From Tubulanus polymorphus (taxonomy: Eukaryota > Animalia > Nemertea): a stretch of DNA of 64,000 nt. The translations under genes were made by a program, and so were the position numbers. The DNA is taken from NCBI RefSeq assembly GCF_964204645.1, contig NC_134025.1, positions 16,963,101 through 17,027,100 on the forward strand. The letters are read 5' to 3'. Positions 12,401 to 27,400 of this stretch are shown here, piece after piece; within the stretch, counting starts at the first letter, position 1, and each line of letters opens with the position of its first letter. The notes under the pieces were generated by a model, which was given only the letters and a program-made list of their open reading frames with translations, searched no databases and was not told the DNA's origin.

Positions 12401-15400
12401 AAATATGGAAGTACGGATGCTGCGTAAAAACTACGGTTTTTCATCCGTTCTTTTCAAAAATTTCTTTTATCTTCGTGTATGAAAATACAGCTATAGTATC
12501 ATCACATCTGTGGATACGGTTTTGAACTTTTCAAAAATGGTAGTACGGGTTCGTTTACTTCTACTGCTCGTAAATAGGGTTAGAGTATTGATTAGCACTG
12601 TGGCGTAGACGTGCCCAACATTTTCATGCAGTGTTTGAATGAAAAGTTTTTAAAATAAATATACTTTCAACGATTATTTTATCGTGACCTGAAAAATACT
12701 AAGTAGTAGCCAGATTAATATTTCTTCAGCTGGTAAACCTGGGGTTAAAGACTCATTGACTTAACAGTGGTTTTTACCTTCATGACGTAGTCATGAACGT
12801 TATAAGTTGTTAGTGAGTCGATGACGTCATTTTCGTGTCGCCACTTATAACTTGTTGGTGGGGGATTTGTCAAACAAATAAATACTTTAATCTTATTAAT
12901 GCAGAGTGTGAAATTTCACTTTTTAAGAATATTTCCTAAATTATTAGAAAATGCCGATAGTAAGACCATGGGAAAGTTTTTATTGTTGAATGGGCGAATC
13001 ACGGCGGCAGAGTGCACCTGTGATAAGGCGGAAATAGTTCCATGTGAAGGCAAAGCTTTTAAATGATTAGACAGTCGGAGGTGGTTTATCAACTTTTTTT
13101 CAACTATAGTGCTGCTATTTTCCCAATCAAATTGCTAGATTTGGATCATTTCTCATAAGTCAACACCTGTAATTCAAGTGTGATTTTGATGCGTGTAAGA
13201 GATACATCGTGACTAGCGTATTAAATGGCGGCGCCATGTTTAAGCTGCGCGTTGATCATTGAATATTGGAATTATAGGGTGGAATTATCTTGATTGTATC
13301 CATAAGAAGTTTATTTAAGGTTAGTGTCAACAAATGGTCCATTACAGTCCGTCTAATTTATGTGGAGAGATGCTCTTAACCAGCAAAACCGTGGTCTGTT
13401 TCGTGTAATCGTAGGCCTATGTGACTGACCTTGCTTGAGCGTTCGCTGCCGGCGCGCCGCTTCACAGTTATGAATAAAGTATTATAAAACTGATTGTTAA
13501 TGACATACAACAAATAAACCTTTAAAGAAAAGTACCAAGTGTCTGACATTCTACTGAAAAATTTCGGATTGATTCAGCGCATAGTTTTTTCATAGTAAGC
13601 ATTTTAGTATATGAATCAATTAAGATGATTGACAGACGCGGGTGCGGTTGTATCAGCTGTTGAAGACGTTCGATGTAAACAATAATTTTAACTACGTGCA
13701 CGATAAAAACAGGGACATCAAACTATGAAGCAAGAAGCACTGAATTTTTTGATTACATGTGATTTGAATAGGCATCTGTGCTGGTTTTTCAAAAAGTCAA
13801 ATCTTAATTGACTCTTATTGCATAGGCCTAAGCCAGGACCTCTGGAATTGAATTGAATTCGACACAGTAATACACCTGTAATTATTGAAAATTAGCTTGA
13901 AGATTTGGTCTGGCGAGATATCCACCCTTATTGTAAAAAATGTCATTGGTGATCAAATATGGCTACCATTGGGGTGGCCATCTTGAATTTCTTGTTTGCA
14001 CGATGTAGCCCGCAATTCTTGATGGATTTCCAAAATTTGGTGTGAGGATCAGGGTAGGTAAGCTGTCCATGCAATTTGTATATGGAGGCCATCGGCTATC
14101 AAATATGGCCGCCAGGTCAGCCATCTCAAATTTCTAGCACGAAACGGCCTGCAATTCTTGATGCATTTTCATGATACTAGGTGTAAAAATTTTGGTAGGT
14201 GAAATGTCTACCCCTTATTGAAAATTGAGTTCAAGTATGGCCACCAAGGGTTGCCATCCATCTTGGATTTCTTTTCAGCAATACGCCAACACCAATTCTT
14301 GGTGAATTTTTTCATGTAGTGTGGAGCAGCTAAAATGGGCTAGTTTTTTCATGTAAGGATATATTAACAGAAAACGAACATTATCACCACATAGCCTATA
14401 CCATCTTAACCATTTAAAACTTGTTTTTTAACTTATCATCACATCTGTGGATACGGTTTTGAACTTTTCAAAAATGGTAGTACGGGTTCGTTTACTTCTA
14501 CTGCTCGTAAATAGGGTTAGAGTATTGATTAGCACTGTGGCGTACACGTGCGTCCACGTGCGTGCGCATTATGATTACATTTTCTTCAGATAAATATTTC
14601 TTCAGCTGCTAAACCTGGGATGGATTTCAGTGTATAGTGTAAATCTTTCTGTAAAACTTTCAATACTGAATCATTCTTCTTCTACTGCATCTTGACGGTA
14701 CAAGGCCCGTGGGCCTCTTGTTACTGTATTTCGTGTGGCCAGGCTTTTTAGGCCACTTGGGACTTTAGTCCCAGCAGGCTTTTGTGTTCACTTTTCGTCC
14801 GTCCGTCCGTCCGCAGACGGAATCCAGTTATTTTGGGAAGTTTCGAAGATGCTTCAATATAATGTCTTGATATTTGGGTTACGCATGTATCTACCCTAGA
14901 CACATCTTCAGCCCAAAAACAGCCATTGTTGTTCGCCAAAATCAACACTTTTTACACATTTTTGAACTTTTTGAAGATGCTTTGATCAATTACCTTGATC
15001 TTTCGGATATATGTGAATCCCCCCAGGGCCCATCAGCATAATAAAAATTGGGTCGACCGTCCTATGACCTTTTTTAGTCCCCAAAAATGTCAATTTTGGC
15101 CCTAATTCTGAGTCCTGTAACTCGTAGCAACAATTAAAACCATTTTCCGTAGAGACAAACAAGTGTAGTAAAAATGGAAAAATAACACCGATATATTGAA
15201 ATACACGCAAAGAAAACAGCGCCGAATCTCGGAATCACAATACACGCGCTGCAGTTAAAGTGCCATTGGAAAAAAACTAGGCAAGATATCTTAAAATTTT
15301 AAAGTTCACCTGAAAGGGGGCGTTTATGCGCACAGTGCTTGAAATGTTAGGATTTTTTAGAAAATTATTTCTGAAAATAACGAACTTCAAAGTTCAGTAC

Positions 15401-18400
15401 CCTTGATTTCTATGCGCACGGCAAAAACTGACCACCGATTTTTATATCGCTCTCATGTCACATTGTTGCAAATTTGAGAAATGATTTTTACATGGCTGAA
15501 AACTAGAGATTCACGCGGTTTGAATGTTGCTGAAACTGTCAAAATCCATCCATGGACAGATGAAATATGATACAACACACATCACGGATAGTTTTTAAAA
15601 AAGAGAAAAAAATGACCCAACAATACGGGACAAAAGTACCCTAACAAAATGGCGGCTAGCAACTGTAAAATGATTTATTGCGTCAAAATTGGCCGATCAA
15701 AAATACCTGGCTCAGGTATTAAACATCCCTTTCCAAAGAATACCCTTCACAAATTGCAATGAGAAATGGCAAACCAGTAGGAAGCTACAGGACTCATCTT
15801 GAGTCCGATCGACCCAATTTTTCTTATGGTGATGGGCCCTTGGGGGAAACATATATATACGAAACATCAAGGTATTTGATTTAAGCATCTTCAAAATTTC
15901 CCTCAAAAAGTGTAAAAAGTGCTGATTTTGACGAACAACAATGGCTGCCAGTCGGCCATCTTGATTCTGACAGGGCCAGTTTTTGGGCTGAAGATGTGTC
16001 TAGGGTAGATACATGTATGAACCAAATATCAAGACATTACCTAGAAGCGTCTTCAAAACTTCCCAAAATAACTGGATTCCATCTACGGACGGACGGACCT
16101 CCGAGGAGGTAATTGTGGGGTGACCTACTTATGGGGTGCACCGTTTCCTCTCTGGGGTGCAAGGCGTACATTATATAATTGTGAGGTGCAAATCTTGGAT
16201 AAAATTAGTGAGGTTTTTCTAATGCGAGTTGCAAAGCCCGAAGAAAAAGTGGGGTTTTGATTTCAAGGTGGGGTGCAACTCATTCAGCTCTCCACACATT
16301 TTCAATTAAAACTCTAATAACCAGATATACCACCCTACTCTCGAATACCGCCAAAATCCTTAACCACTGATATGGGCGCAGTATATCACTGGGTCACTGT
16401 ACTAAGGCCATGATTATCCTTCTCCTCAGTAAAAAATATTGAAATAAATCCATCTTTATTCGATGTCAAATGAAGCCAACTATTTGATTCACATTCATTT
16501 ATTTCTTTTTGAAAGATTCTTTTCGGTGGCAGCATTAGGCCAGAAAAAATGTGAAATTTACAGTAGTTCCTCACTTTAAAATATCCCCTAAATTAATGGC
16601 TGGGCGTGTTCCTGTACATCATTTTTGGTTTACCTTTGTCAGCAGTATGAGGTTGGCATTGAGCCAATTCATGTAAAATCGCGGTAGGTTTTTTTATGTG
16701 AGCATTTGTTTCATTGGTTCTCTGGTTAAAGGATGTATAATCGATGCGATTGAAGACATGGCGAACCTCCGTCGATGACATGGTCAACTGAGTTAAAATT
16801 CTACGAAAAACTCTTTTTGGTGTGAAAATTCTTAGCTCTCGCGTATAAAATTGTAATGACCTCGATTGGGGGGCGTCGTCTCTACGAGCGGCTGGGATTG
16901 GCTATTTTTGGGATATACGGGGAATTCCGGCGATACTAAACTAATTATGGGAAAGCCATAGAATGGTGAATGTTTCATTGGACTAGGTGCCGTATACGTG
17001 CGAATTTCAAATGCTCATTGCTGGTGAGGATGTAATTATTTCACACATCCGCCATAGGTATTGTTTCATTTTAATACCAGGTGATTATTTTGATTGACAT
17101 TGAAGTGTAAGCGAACATTCACTTAGACGAGGCCTCCACGTGCGCGCGGAGTGCTACACGACACACACAAGCTCGTACAGTACACTACTAAAGGTGATGC
17201 TGTAACGCGTGCGCGTTTGACATGAAAATTTAGGAAAGTCCATATAAAGAATTTCGTTTCTTGTTTTATAAATTTGTCATTCATTTTTAGCCCACTTGGG
17301 ACTTTAGTCCCAGCGGGCTATTGCGTTCACTTTTCGTCTGTTGTCCGTCCGTAGACGGAATCCAGTTATTTTGGGAAGTTTTGAAGACGCTTCAAGGTAA
17401 TGTCTTGATATTTGTGTTACACATGTATATACCCTAGACACACCTTCAGCCCAAAAACTGGCCCTGTCAGAATCAAGATGGCCGACTGGCAGCCATTGTT
17501 GTTCGCCAAAATCAGCACTTTTTACACATTGAACTTTTTGAGGGAAATTTTGAAGACGCTTTGATCAATTACCTTGATCTTTCAGATATATGTGAATCCC
17601 CCCAGGGCCCATCAACATAACAAAAATTGGGTCGGTCGGACTCAAGATGGCCGTCCTATGACCTTTTTAGTGCCCAAAAATGTTAATTTTGGCCCGAATT
17701 CTGAGTCCTGTAGCTTCCTATTGGTTTGCCATTTCTCATTACAATTTGTGATGGGTATTCTTTGGAAAGGGATGTTTTATACCTGAGACATGTATTTTTC
17801 ATCAGCCAATTATGACGCAATTGGCGGCAATCTTGGTGTCACCAGTACTCATTCGTAAGTGGGAAAAAGTTTTTCCACATTATATTGATACCTAAGCATA
17901 TTTTGCTACCACAATCAATTAGAAAGTTGTAGCTCATAACGTGTTCTATGATTGTGGTGAGTTTCGAGGTAATTGGATTTCCTATATGGCCACCAGGGGG
18001 CGTTGAATAATACAATATCTTAGCATTTCTTTATTATATTCGTACCTATGCATATTTTGTAACCACAATCAATTGGAAAGTTGTGTAGCTCATGACATCA
18101 TCTATGATTGTTGCGAGTTTTAAGGACATAAGTTTTTCTATATGGTCACCAGGGGGCGTTGAATAGTAGAATAACTTAGTATTTCCTTATTATATTGGTA
18201 CCTAGGCATATTTTGTTACCATGATCAATTGCAAAGTTGTAGTTCATGACATGTTCTATGATTGCGGTGAGTTTCAAGGTCATTGGTTTTTGTAAATGGT
18301 CACCAGGGGGCGTTGAATGTTGAAATTGTTAGATTGTTGAGCATTTGAAACCACTTCCCAAGTGGGCATGGTGTCCCTGGGCCCCTAGTTTTTTTAAATT

Positions 18401-21400
18401 TTCATTATCATAGGAAGATGTTATGTATTTGTAAACTGTGCATTCACAAAAAAAGTGTAATTCAGAATATCAGGTCCAATGTTAATAAATTCTTCGCCCA
18501 ATTTTCCTCATATTTCCTTCTGGCATTGTTTGACGCCTTATAAAACGTTACCATTATGAAATCTAAACAATGTTAACAATTCACCGTCATTTTACAAACG
18601 ACAACCGTAAATCGATGTGCAAAACGTCACAGGTCTATGTGTACACAATATAAACTGCAGGATAATAGTCCAGAGAGTGCGAACAATTCTATCTGAAATA
18701 AGGAAAGAAACGAAATGGCGACCTTTGCTCAACTTCTATCTTGAGAAAATACTAGGACCTGACTGGTCATTGATTTATTGATCAACGTAAATTTCGTTGA
18801 TAAAGTAACTACAGTAGACTCCGCTTACCTCGGAATTCTTGGGACTGGAAAATTTTTTCTGAGGTATACGATTTCCGAGGTATATAAGGTCCGCAAATTT
18901 TGTCATAAAAAAAATTGTTGCTGACACGTGGGCTCAAATTATCCTTCTTATACAAATCTATGTTGAATAAACATTGTATATGTACCATATCTGACAGGTT
19001 TTTATTAGGCCAGCCGTAGGCTGAGCCTATTACTATACAAATGGAGCGAATTTAAATGACATGGTTTCCACACAAAAGGCTCTTTTGCTTGCCAAGTGAG
19101 GGCATATTCGAACAAATCACGTATTTAAGCGTAATCCATTCTCGGAATCGTAGCGAGCAGAATTTTGAAATAGGGTCTCATAAAAATGTTTTCTGCATTT
19201 TTCACGAAAGTTAAATCGGGAAAATTTCAATTTTTATCAGCCAATCAGGAAGTTGTGTCTTCCCTGTGATTGGTTTATCTGAAAATATCAGCAGCTGTTC
19301 ACGTGAATTATCGCGATTTCATTACTGGTGCTTTTGCGCATGACGTCATGTATCAACACGCGACAATACTTCCGCGTTCGCTACGTGTTCACTGATTGGC
19401 CCATTTACTGGGAAATTCCACAGAAGCCTAATGTGGTTTGTTACAAGCGCTGTGATTGGCCCGACCCGATTCTGGCATGGCTTTAGCTTAGTGGGTTCGA
19501 ATCCCTTGACGGGTGAAGATGATGGATCCTATCAATATCTATTGAAACAAATAAGTTTCCCGGTTGGGCAGCCGCGGATATCTACCGGAAGTGTTCCGGT
19601 TCGATATTTCGAGGTTTCTTTGAATTTTGGAGTGATTTTGAAATCCGGTAAATACCAGCGGTAGATTGTGAAAACCCATTGCATGATATTTGTATTACTT
19701 AATCAACGAAAAGCGTCAGGGCCGCGCCAGGAGTTTTCGTGATTCAAGTAGCGCAATAGCCTACTTCTTCGTGTTCGTCCACCTCAATTTTCACTCCGCC
19801 GATCTCTGACACGGCTCTGTCCCCGTCGGCGCTGTGATTGCACTTTCGTACCACCAAAATTTTTTATTTCTATATCAGGGAGGTCTGGAGAATAAAAAAG
19901 TCAAAATTTGGATATCACATAGGCCTGATTTCATCGAATAAGTCGACCATGGTCGTTACGTTTCCGTACTTATTACCACCTAAAACCGAACAATTTTGTC
20001 ACAACCAACATTTCGTTTACAGAAATCAGGTGTTCACGTGAATCCGCGGTATCGTCTACTGTTTTACTTCCGGGTTTTATTTTAAGATTTAAAATTGTAT
20101 TTCAAGATCGATTTCTATGAAATCTTTAGTTGATTTGGTGTTTGGGAGGAATTTTTATTTGCTCTACAGAAAATTCATCCTTGACAATTGCGCAAGGTTC
20201 GCGAAAAAAAGGTTTTACCAAATCGGGTGTATGACCTTGATATGCTAATTAGCCATGTGCCCGAATTGCAAATTCAATCAAATTTTATTCTGCCAAAAAA
20301 TGTTAAATACAATTCGCTTTCCGAGAGTTAATGGTATGCTGCATGGAACAAAGTTGTTTTGAGATGGGTCTTGAAGCTATTGAGGTTGAGAGATAACCAT
20401 CTAGATAGTTCGTGTTAGTTCCAAAGTTTTGAAGACGCTTCAAGGTAATGTCTTGATATTTGTTTTATACGTGTATCTACCCTAGACACATCTTCATGCC
20501 AAAAACTGGCCCTGTCAGATTCAAGATGGCCGACTGGCAGCCATTGTTGTTCGCCAAAATCTGCACTTTTTACACATTTTTGAAGTTTTCGAGGGAAATT
20601 TTGAAGACACTTTTATCAATAACCTTGATCATTCGTATATATTTGTATCCCCCGAGGGCCCATCGGCATGAGAAAAATTGAGTCGATCGGACTCAAGATG
20701 GCCGTACTGTGACCTTTTTTGTTCCCAAAAATGTCAATTTTGGCCTGAATTCTGAGTACTGTAGCTTTCTAATGGTGCGCCATGTTTCATTTGCAATTTG
20801 TAATGGGTATTCTTTGGAAAGGGATCTTTTATATCCGAGAGGGTATTTTTGACCAGGCAATTATGACGCACTTGGCAGCCATCTTGGGGTCATCAGTACT
20901 CATTCGTAGGTGGAAAAAAAGTTTTTCCACATCATAATTGATACTTAAGCATATTTTTCTACTATAATCAATTGGAAAGTTGTAGCTCATGACATGTTCT
21001 ATGATCGAGGTGAGTTTCAAGCTCATTGGTTTTTTATGGCCACCAGGGGGCGTTGAACAATACAATAACTTAGTATTTCTATATTACATTCGTTCCTGCT
21101 GTCTGTGTTAACACACGATTTTACTATGTAAATGATATTGAGCAGGGAGTGTATATTGATAAATATAACCCACAGATTACATCATTTATAAAAAGCAAAT
21201 CTGACAGGCTGGCCATTGTGCCCCTTGGGGCTCTTGTTGTTATTTCAATCAAAACCTCATATCCCCCGGGAGATTTGACTTTATATAAATTATATATATT
21301 TATCTTTTATATAAAAACATTGTACTGTAGTACACCAAGTAAAGCCTCCTTCCCAGTTGAGAGAATTTAAAAACACGTGGGTTTGATGTGCAGTGACAAG

Positions 21401-24400
21401 TCTATAGCTCCGCCTACATCCAATCAATTGACTATTCGTATTAAAGACAGCCGAGAACTAGCGCGACTGGCACGCTTCCAATTCTTACGATCATCAGCAT
21501 ATCTATCGCAATACATGTGGTAACATAGTACAGATGTTGATTCACGTCGCGTCCAAGAACAAGTATTGATTAATCTGTTTCAAGTTGTTATGCAATAGGC
21601 TAGGGATGCTTTTTTGAAAAAATATTGTCGGGACGATGTTCAGAATTTCCGAGGTACACGATTTTAGGACTCAATTTATGAAAAAATCATTCTGAGGTAT
21701 GCGATATTCCGACGTATACAACTCCGAGCTACTCGGAGATTTTCATTTGAGAAATAATTGCATTAAGAGAAATATTTTAGATTTGTTCTGAGCTAAGCAA
21801 TATTCCGAGGTGTATGGCTCCGAGGTATGCGGAGTCTACTGTAATAACTTGTATTATAAAAACCTACTATCTGCATGGAAATATGTGATAACACTCAACG
21901 AAGCACAATTATCAAAGCATGACATAAAAAACAATGTATTATTCAATAACCCTTCAATAACTTTTAACGGCAAATTGGACTGAAAAATGTAAAATATTTA
22001 TTCGATGAATACAGGAATTACTTGGAATTTGAAAATTTTACCCCAATCCTCGAAAATGCTGAAAAACATTAACGGATATATGCAGCGATTTCCAGAGAAT
22101 GGTGCGTAATCCTTGGTGATGAAGCCTTTGCTGACACAAAAAAAAATCGGCTTTTACAGTAAAATTCCAAAATAAACAAAGACTTTTCATTCATTTAACA
22201 ATGGGGCAGATATATAGCTTAATTATACATAAGTAATTTGGCCACATTGCCCCAATAGGACAAAGGAGAATCGAAGATTTCCTCAATGAAAATGATGTCA
22301 ACTGGGCCCAAATTTGGGGAGGTACCTATCACCCGATTATCGACAAAAAAATTTGGAGACATGCAATGGCGATTCCTGCATGATTCTTTAGTCACAGCGG
22401 ACAAACTCGTAACATGACATGTTTCAAATGACCCAACCTGTAAGGTATGTGGTCGAGCGGCCACGAATAGACATGTGTTAATTGAATGCCCGGCTGCAGT
22501 TGAACTTAAGATCTCGATGAGATATCTTCAACCTGACCAATATCTTATTTGGACCACGTCAGCAGTCACATAGCCTACTCTTATAAGCATATTTCACTTT
22601 GTTCCTTTTCTTCGCAGAGTATCATGTTGGTGAGCTACTGGGCCATTGGTCCTTTATTGTTTTCATTATTCAGCAATAGGGCCTAACAGTTCATGCATGA
22701 AAAACCACAGTCAGTCGAGATTACCCTTGCAGTTATAGGCCAAGGTACTGAAATTGTTCTATTAAATGGGTTTTTGTGTCCAAATCGTGACTGATATAAA
22801 TAACTTGGCTGGGATATGGTGGAAAACATCAGAATAAACTAGTTTCGTCTTTAACAGAATCGCATAAATGAGGTTTAACAATACAAATAACATGGCTAAA
22901 TCGTTAGGCAAGAAAATGAAATTCATTTTCAGCACAATGAAAATCGTACATTAAGACCTTAGTCTCTGGTCCTCCCAATCAACATTGTCACAGAACATTT
23001 GCCGGCAGATGTAAAACATTAAACACTTAACCCTTTCAATACCACATAGTGTCTCCGCTGCTGTTCCGGAGAGAATTTAGGGGTTTATAGCTGGGTATAT
23101 TGGAGGCTTTAAAGAGTAGTTACCAAGGTATCTGACACAGAAAAATTATATAGCATGTTGTCGATAACTTTTGGGCCAACATAGTAGATATAAATAATTT
23201 GGATATAAGTGAACTTAAGGTCAAGGTCACATACTCCAAGATGGCTGCCATGAAAAAGATTCACGAAAAAGTTTCAGATGAACTGCTCTGTCTCCCAGCA
23301 AAATGCACTGATCTATTCAATTTCAACTGAAATTTTATGCCATATATCCTTACTTTATGCAGTAAAAGTTTCAAAGCAATTGCACAACAGAAAAATTTAT
23401 CTTTCCACTCATTTACCCACTTTTCCACCAATATGTTGGAAGGGCGGATGTAAGGGGTTTCATTGGGGTATAATTTCAGGCCTCAGAAAATTGTTACCTA
23501 TGTATTTGACACTGATATATTATATACCATGGTCTTGATAACCTTTGGGTTTACAAATAAGACAAATAATTTAGATATATATGACCTTGAGGATGGAAAG
23601 TTCTGTTCTTCATCATTGTTATTGGTGTCCGTTGCCATGACAACCGGATGAACAGGGTCTAAAATTGTCACTGATTTCATTTTCATCATCAAAAAAATCA
23701 TTGCTGGCACTAAACCTATTTTCTGACTAAGTCTCATCATCTGAACTGCACTGTCATATTTGTTGTCACTCTCAATTTGTGTCTTTGCATAGGAACTCTT
23801 CCTCTTTCGGGCACCGAACCTACTCGTACATTACATATTGCAACCCTATTTCGTTTTCTTATATATTTTGAACTTGTTTTATCATCTCATCTCTCCATTT
23901 CATCAGGCTGAGGTAAACCTTGTGCCCCATGGGCAATTATTTGATTAAAATGTGGGCTCGTTGAGAGAGTTGATGCAACATGTTTTGGAAATATTAAAAG
24001 GGACTTTTGTACATCTTGGGTATTGTTAATACTAGTTAAGTGGAAATTATGTGGTAGAAGTATTTCCATTATGTTTGATGTTGCAGGTCAAAGAACTGAA
24101 TGAAAACCATGTCATTTGTCAATCCAAGTTGGAACGTGCTCAACGGGATAAAAATGAATATCGTTCCGAAATTCAACAGATCAGGCAACAGATTGATGAA
24201 TATGGTCGTGAGTATGGCCTTGTAAGTAAATACTGCAGAAATTTCATATCCCTTGTAGATGGCAGTAGTTGGTTTCGTAAACACTGCATCTGATATGTGG
24301 TGATTTCTACATTACATTGCATATAAACTCAAAAACCAAATAGAAATATAGCTGCATTGCAACTATATCAGTTTTCTGTCTTGCTGGATCATACTTGGAA

Positions 24401-27400
24401 GTGTGCAAAGATTTCACCAAAATCAGTTCTTATTGTATCACTATTTCAAAGGTGCGCCACCTAGGGGTCAACTCATATCATGGATATGTTCAGCCCCATG
24501 GGCTGCTATGTACAAAGAACTAATGTACCAAGTTTAGAAGATATAGCTTTGAAGATAATAAAGATATGCGCTTGACCGTTCCCTACTGGCAGTTGTATGA
24601 ACTAATTATGTTGGTTGCCATACTTATGTACTTATACTTATATATATATTTTGTGATTTCTATAATGAAATAACTGAATTACACACGAAAAACAGATGTT
24701 AAAGTTAGTTTTTGTGGTCGGTTTGCGTAGCAACGCTGACCGCGATGTTTTAGTGGTTGACTTGCACTTCATTTTCCCACTTTTCTCTGTAATTTGACAT
24801 AAGATAGCTTTGTTACTTGCTTAGTCAGTCTGAAATTTGTTGCGCTTTCCTGAGTTTGTTAAAAGAAAGAATGAATGGTTCATCATGTATCACGTGACTA
24901 ATACAGTTTTCCGATCCACACTTCAAAAGTTAAGAACTAAATGAAATTAATTGTTGTCATCCGATTTACTCTAACTGAAATTCAGAGAAAGATGAGAAAT
25001 ATTAAGCATCTTGTACTGTGCTGAAAATTCCATGTTGATGCGCAGCGTAGTTTGCAATATTTACCAATAATTACTGAGGGGCTGTGATGATAGCGCCCTC
25101 GTTTTAGTAACACGTGTACCTCACCTAAATCAACAAAGCCGTTTATCTTTAGATAAAGGATAATCTATTGATAGAAAAAGATTTTTGTTTGAAAATATTT
25201 GAACTAAAATTAATTATGCATACACCCGGGGTCATCTTGACGAAAAAAACATTTGTATCGATATGCAGAGGAATTTTAAACAATACTAATTTGCATTAAA
25301 AAACACCGTACTGGTGGACCAACATTGCATAGTATATACTTGGAATCGAACGCATGATTTGATGCGGTTAGATCACTACGGTCCTGCCTCTGTGCGGGTA
25401 TCGTCTTGTTGACCCTACGTCATAATTGCACTGCAAAATGATGTTAAGGTATGTTGATGAGACGATTTCGCATCAGATTAACTACGGATGGTCGCGGCAA
25501 CTATGAGATTCTATCGGCGCACTAGCTTCATTCTCACGTGGTAGTGGCCCGACCACATAGAAAGATTGTTTCTAGTCAAAATTTACACTCCCTAGTGGTT
25601 AGAATAGGCACTAATTATGTAAGGGGCTTGTTATATTTCATAACCAGGTACATGAGTATTAATTTTCATAGAAATTCATTGATATGCTTAGTCAATATAA
25701 ATGAAATGCATTTTCCAGCGTTTTATAGGTGGTCCTTCAGGAGAACCATTTGAGTTACCAAGTTATACCCTACTTCAATACAAGCATCTCGTAATGGGCT
25801 ACTGACCACGAATTGCAACCACCATTCTATTTTTTAAGCTTAAGGCGTTAGGAGCGAAGATCTCATGTGAAAAATTGGGTTCCCATATTCGAGCTCCTAG
25901 AGCCCATACGGTTTATCGTAGAATGAGCGTGCCAACAACTTTTTATGGACTTTCGCTTTAGCGGAGTCCATTTTGTTATTGCATATGAAGCTTTCTTCCT
26001 TTGGTACAAAATGACTTTCAAACGAGGCTTAGTTTCTCTTCGGAACTTTTAAAACATTCAATGCAGTAATAAAAGTTTTAACCCTATTGAATTTCATCGG
26101 AATCCGTTGCTTATTCATCAGTTTAGTTTTTATTTGTCGTAGGAACTACATTTTGTTTCGGAAGAACACATGCCCGTTTACATATATATTCATGATGATT
26201 CACACATGTGCTCGTTACAGACTCACTGCTATGTGATGTATTGATTTGTGTATGTATATGAAAAGCCTGCCTCGCTTGTGGCCTAGACGTATCGGCCCCA
26301 CTCCGCGCGATTGCGCCACCGTGCGGGATTTACGCGAAGCAGCAAACACAAACATGGCCACTCTCAATTTTCAATGATAGAAATCGTGTGTGCATTTCAA
26401 TTATTTCAGCTGTTAGGGTTTTAAGGCACAATATAAGTTGATGATGTGGTATGGCGATGTTAATCAATGATAATTCCGCAGTGAAGCTAGTCACGAACGG
26501 TGCCGATTGAGTGTACAGCTGCCAAAAACACTGAAATGTGCGTAGTTGCGTAACTATTTGCAGTGAATTGCAGACGAAACATGAAGCCTTAACGGCCGTT
26601 TAAAAAAAAATTATACCAATCGCAATTGTAAAATAAAAATGAGATAGAACCCAAGTCAAAATTCTGGCCATTTCTAAAATGTTATTACTAATTTTGTGTC
26701 AGTGCCGAACGTTTAGTTTTCCAACAATAATGAGGGGTGGTAGGTAGTCATGCAATTCAAGTCATCATTTATTACACGTTACTTCCGTCTTGTTGAAAAT
26801 CTCGCAAGTCCTGGACCAAACCCCATTGAACAATGTGATCTGTGTGCTGGCCACAAATGCACACAGATCACACTACACTACCCATTACACACTCCAGTAC
26901 CCACAGCTTTCATATATCCATCCAAATATTTAGAGTGTCTTTCTTCCTGGTTAAAGTTTTCCTGGAAACTGCAAATGATTCAACTGCCAGGGTTCTTAGC
27001 CGCTGGCCTTGAAAAGCAGTGAATATTATAGAAGGGCAGTAGAATTGGGAACTTGGAAATTGTTCAATTTACGAAAATAAATTGTCTAACAAACCTTGTA
27101 CACCACAGTGTATAGAAATCGTCACATCATGGACGTGGAGAGTGTCTATTTGAGTCACTCGGGAAAACCGCTACCATCATGATGAATCGTCATGCAGTTG
27201 TGTGTGATGCAGATCATATCAATAGACAGATTTTAATGAAAACTTCAGAATTCAATCAAGGGGGACATCTTAGGCTTTTTTGATTGCTTGGAGCACAGAT
27301 TCTCAGAAATTCTGCCAAAAACTCCATGCCAAAGATAATTAGGCCTATGCGTTTCCATTCATAATTTTAAAAAAAGACATTTTTTCTTGATATTTTCCGT

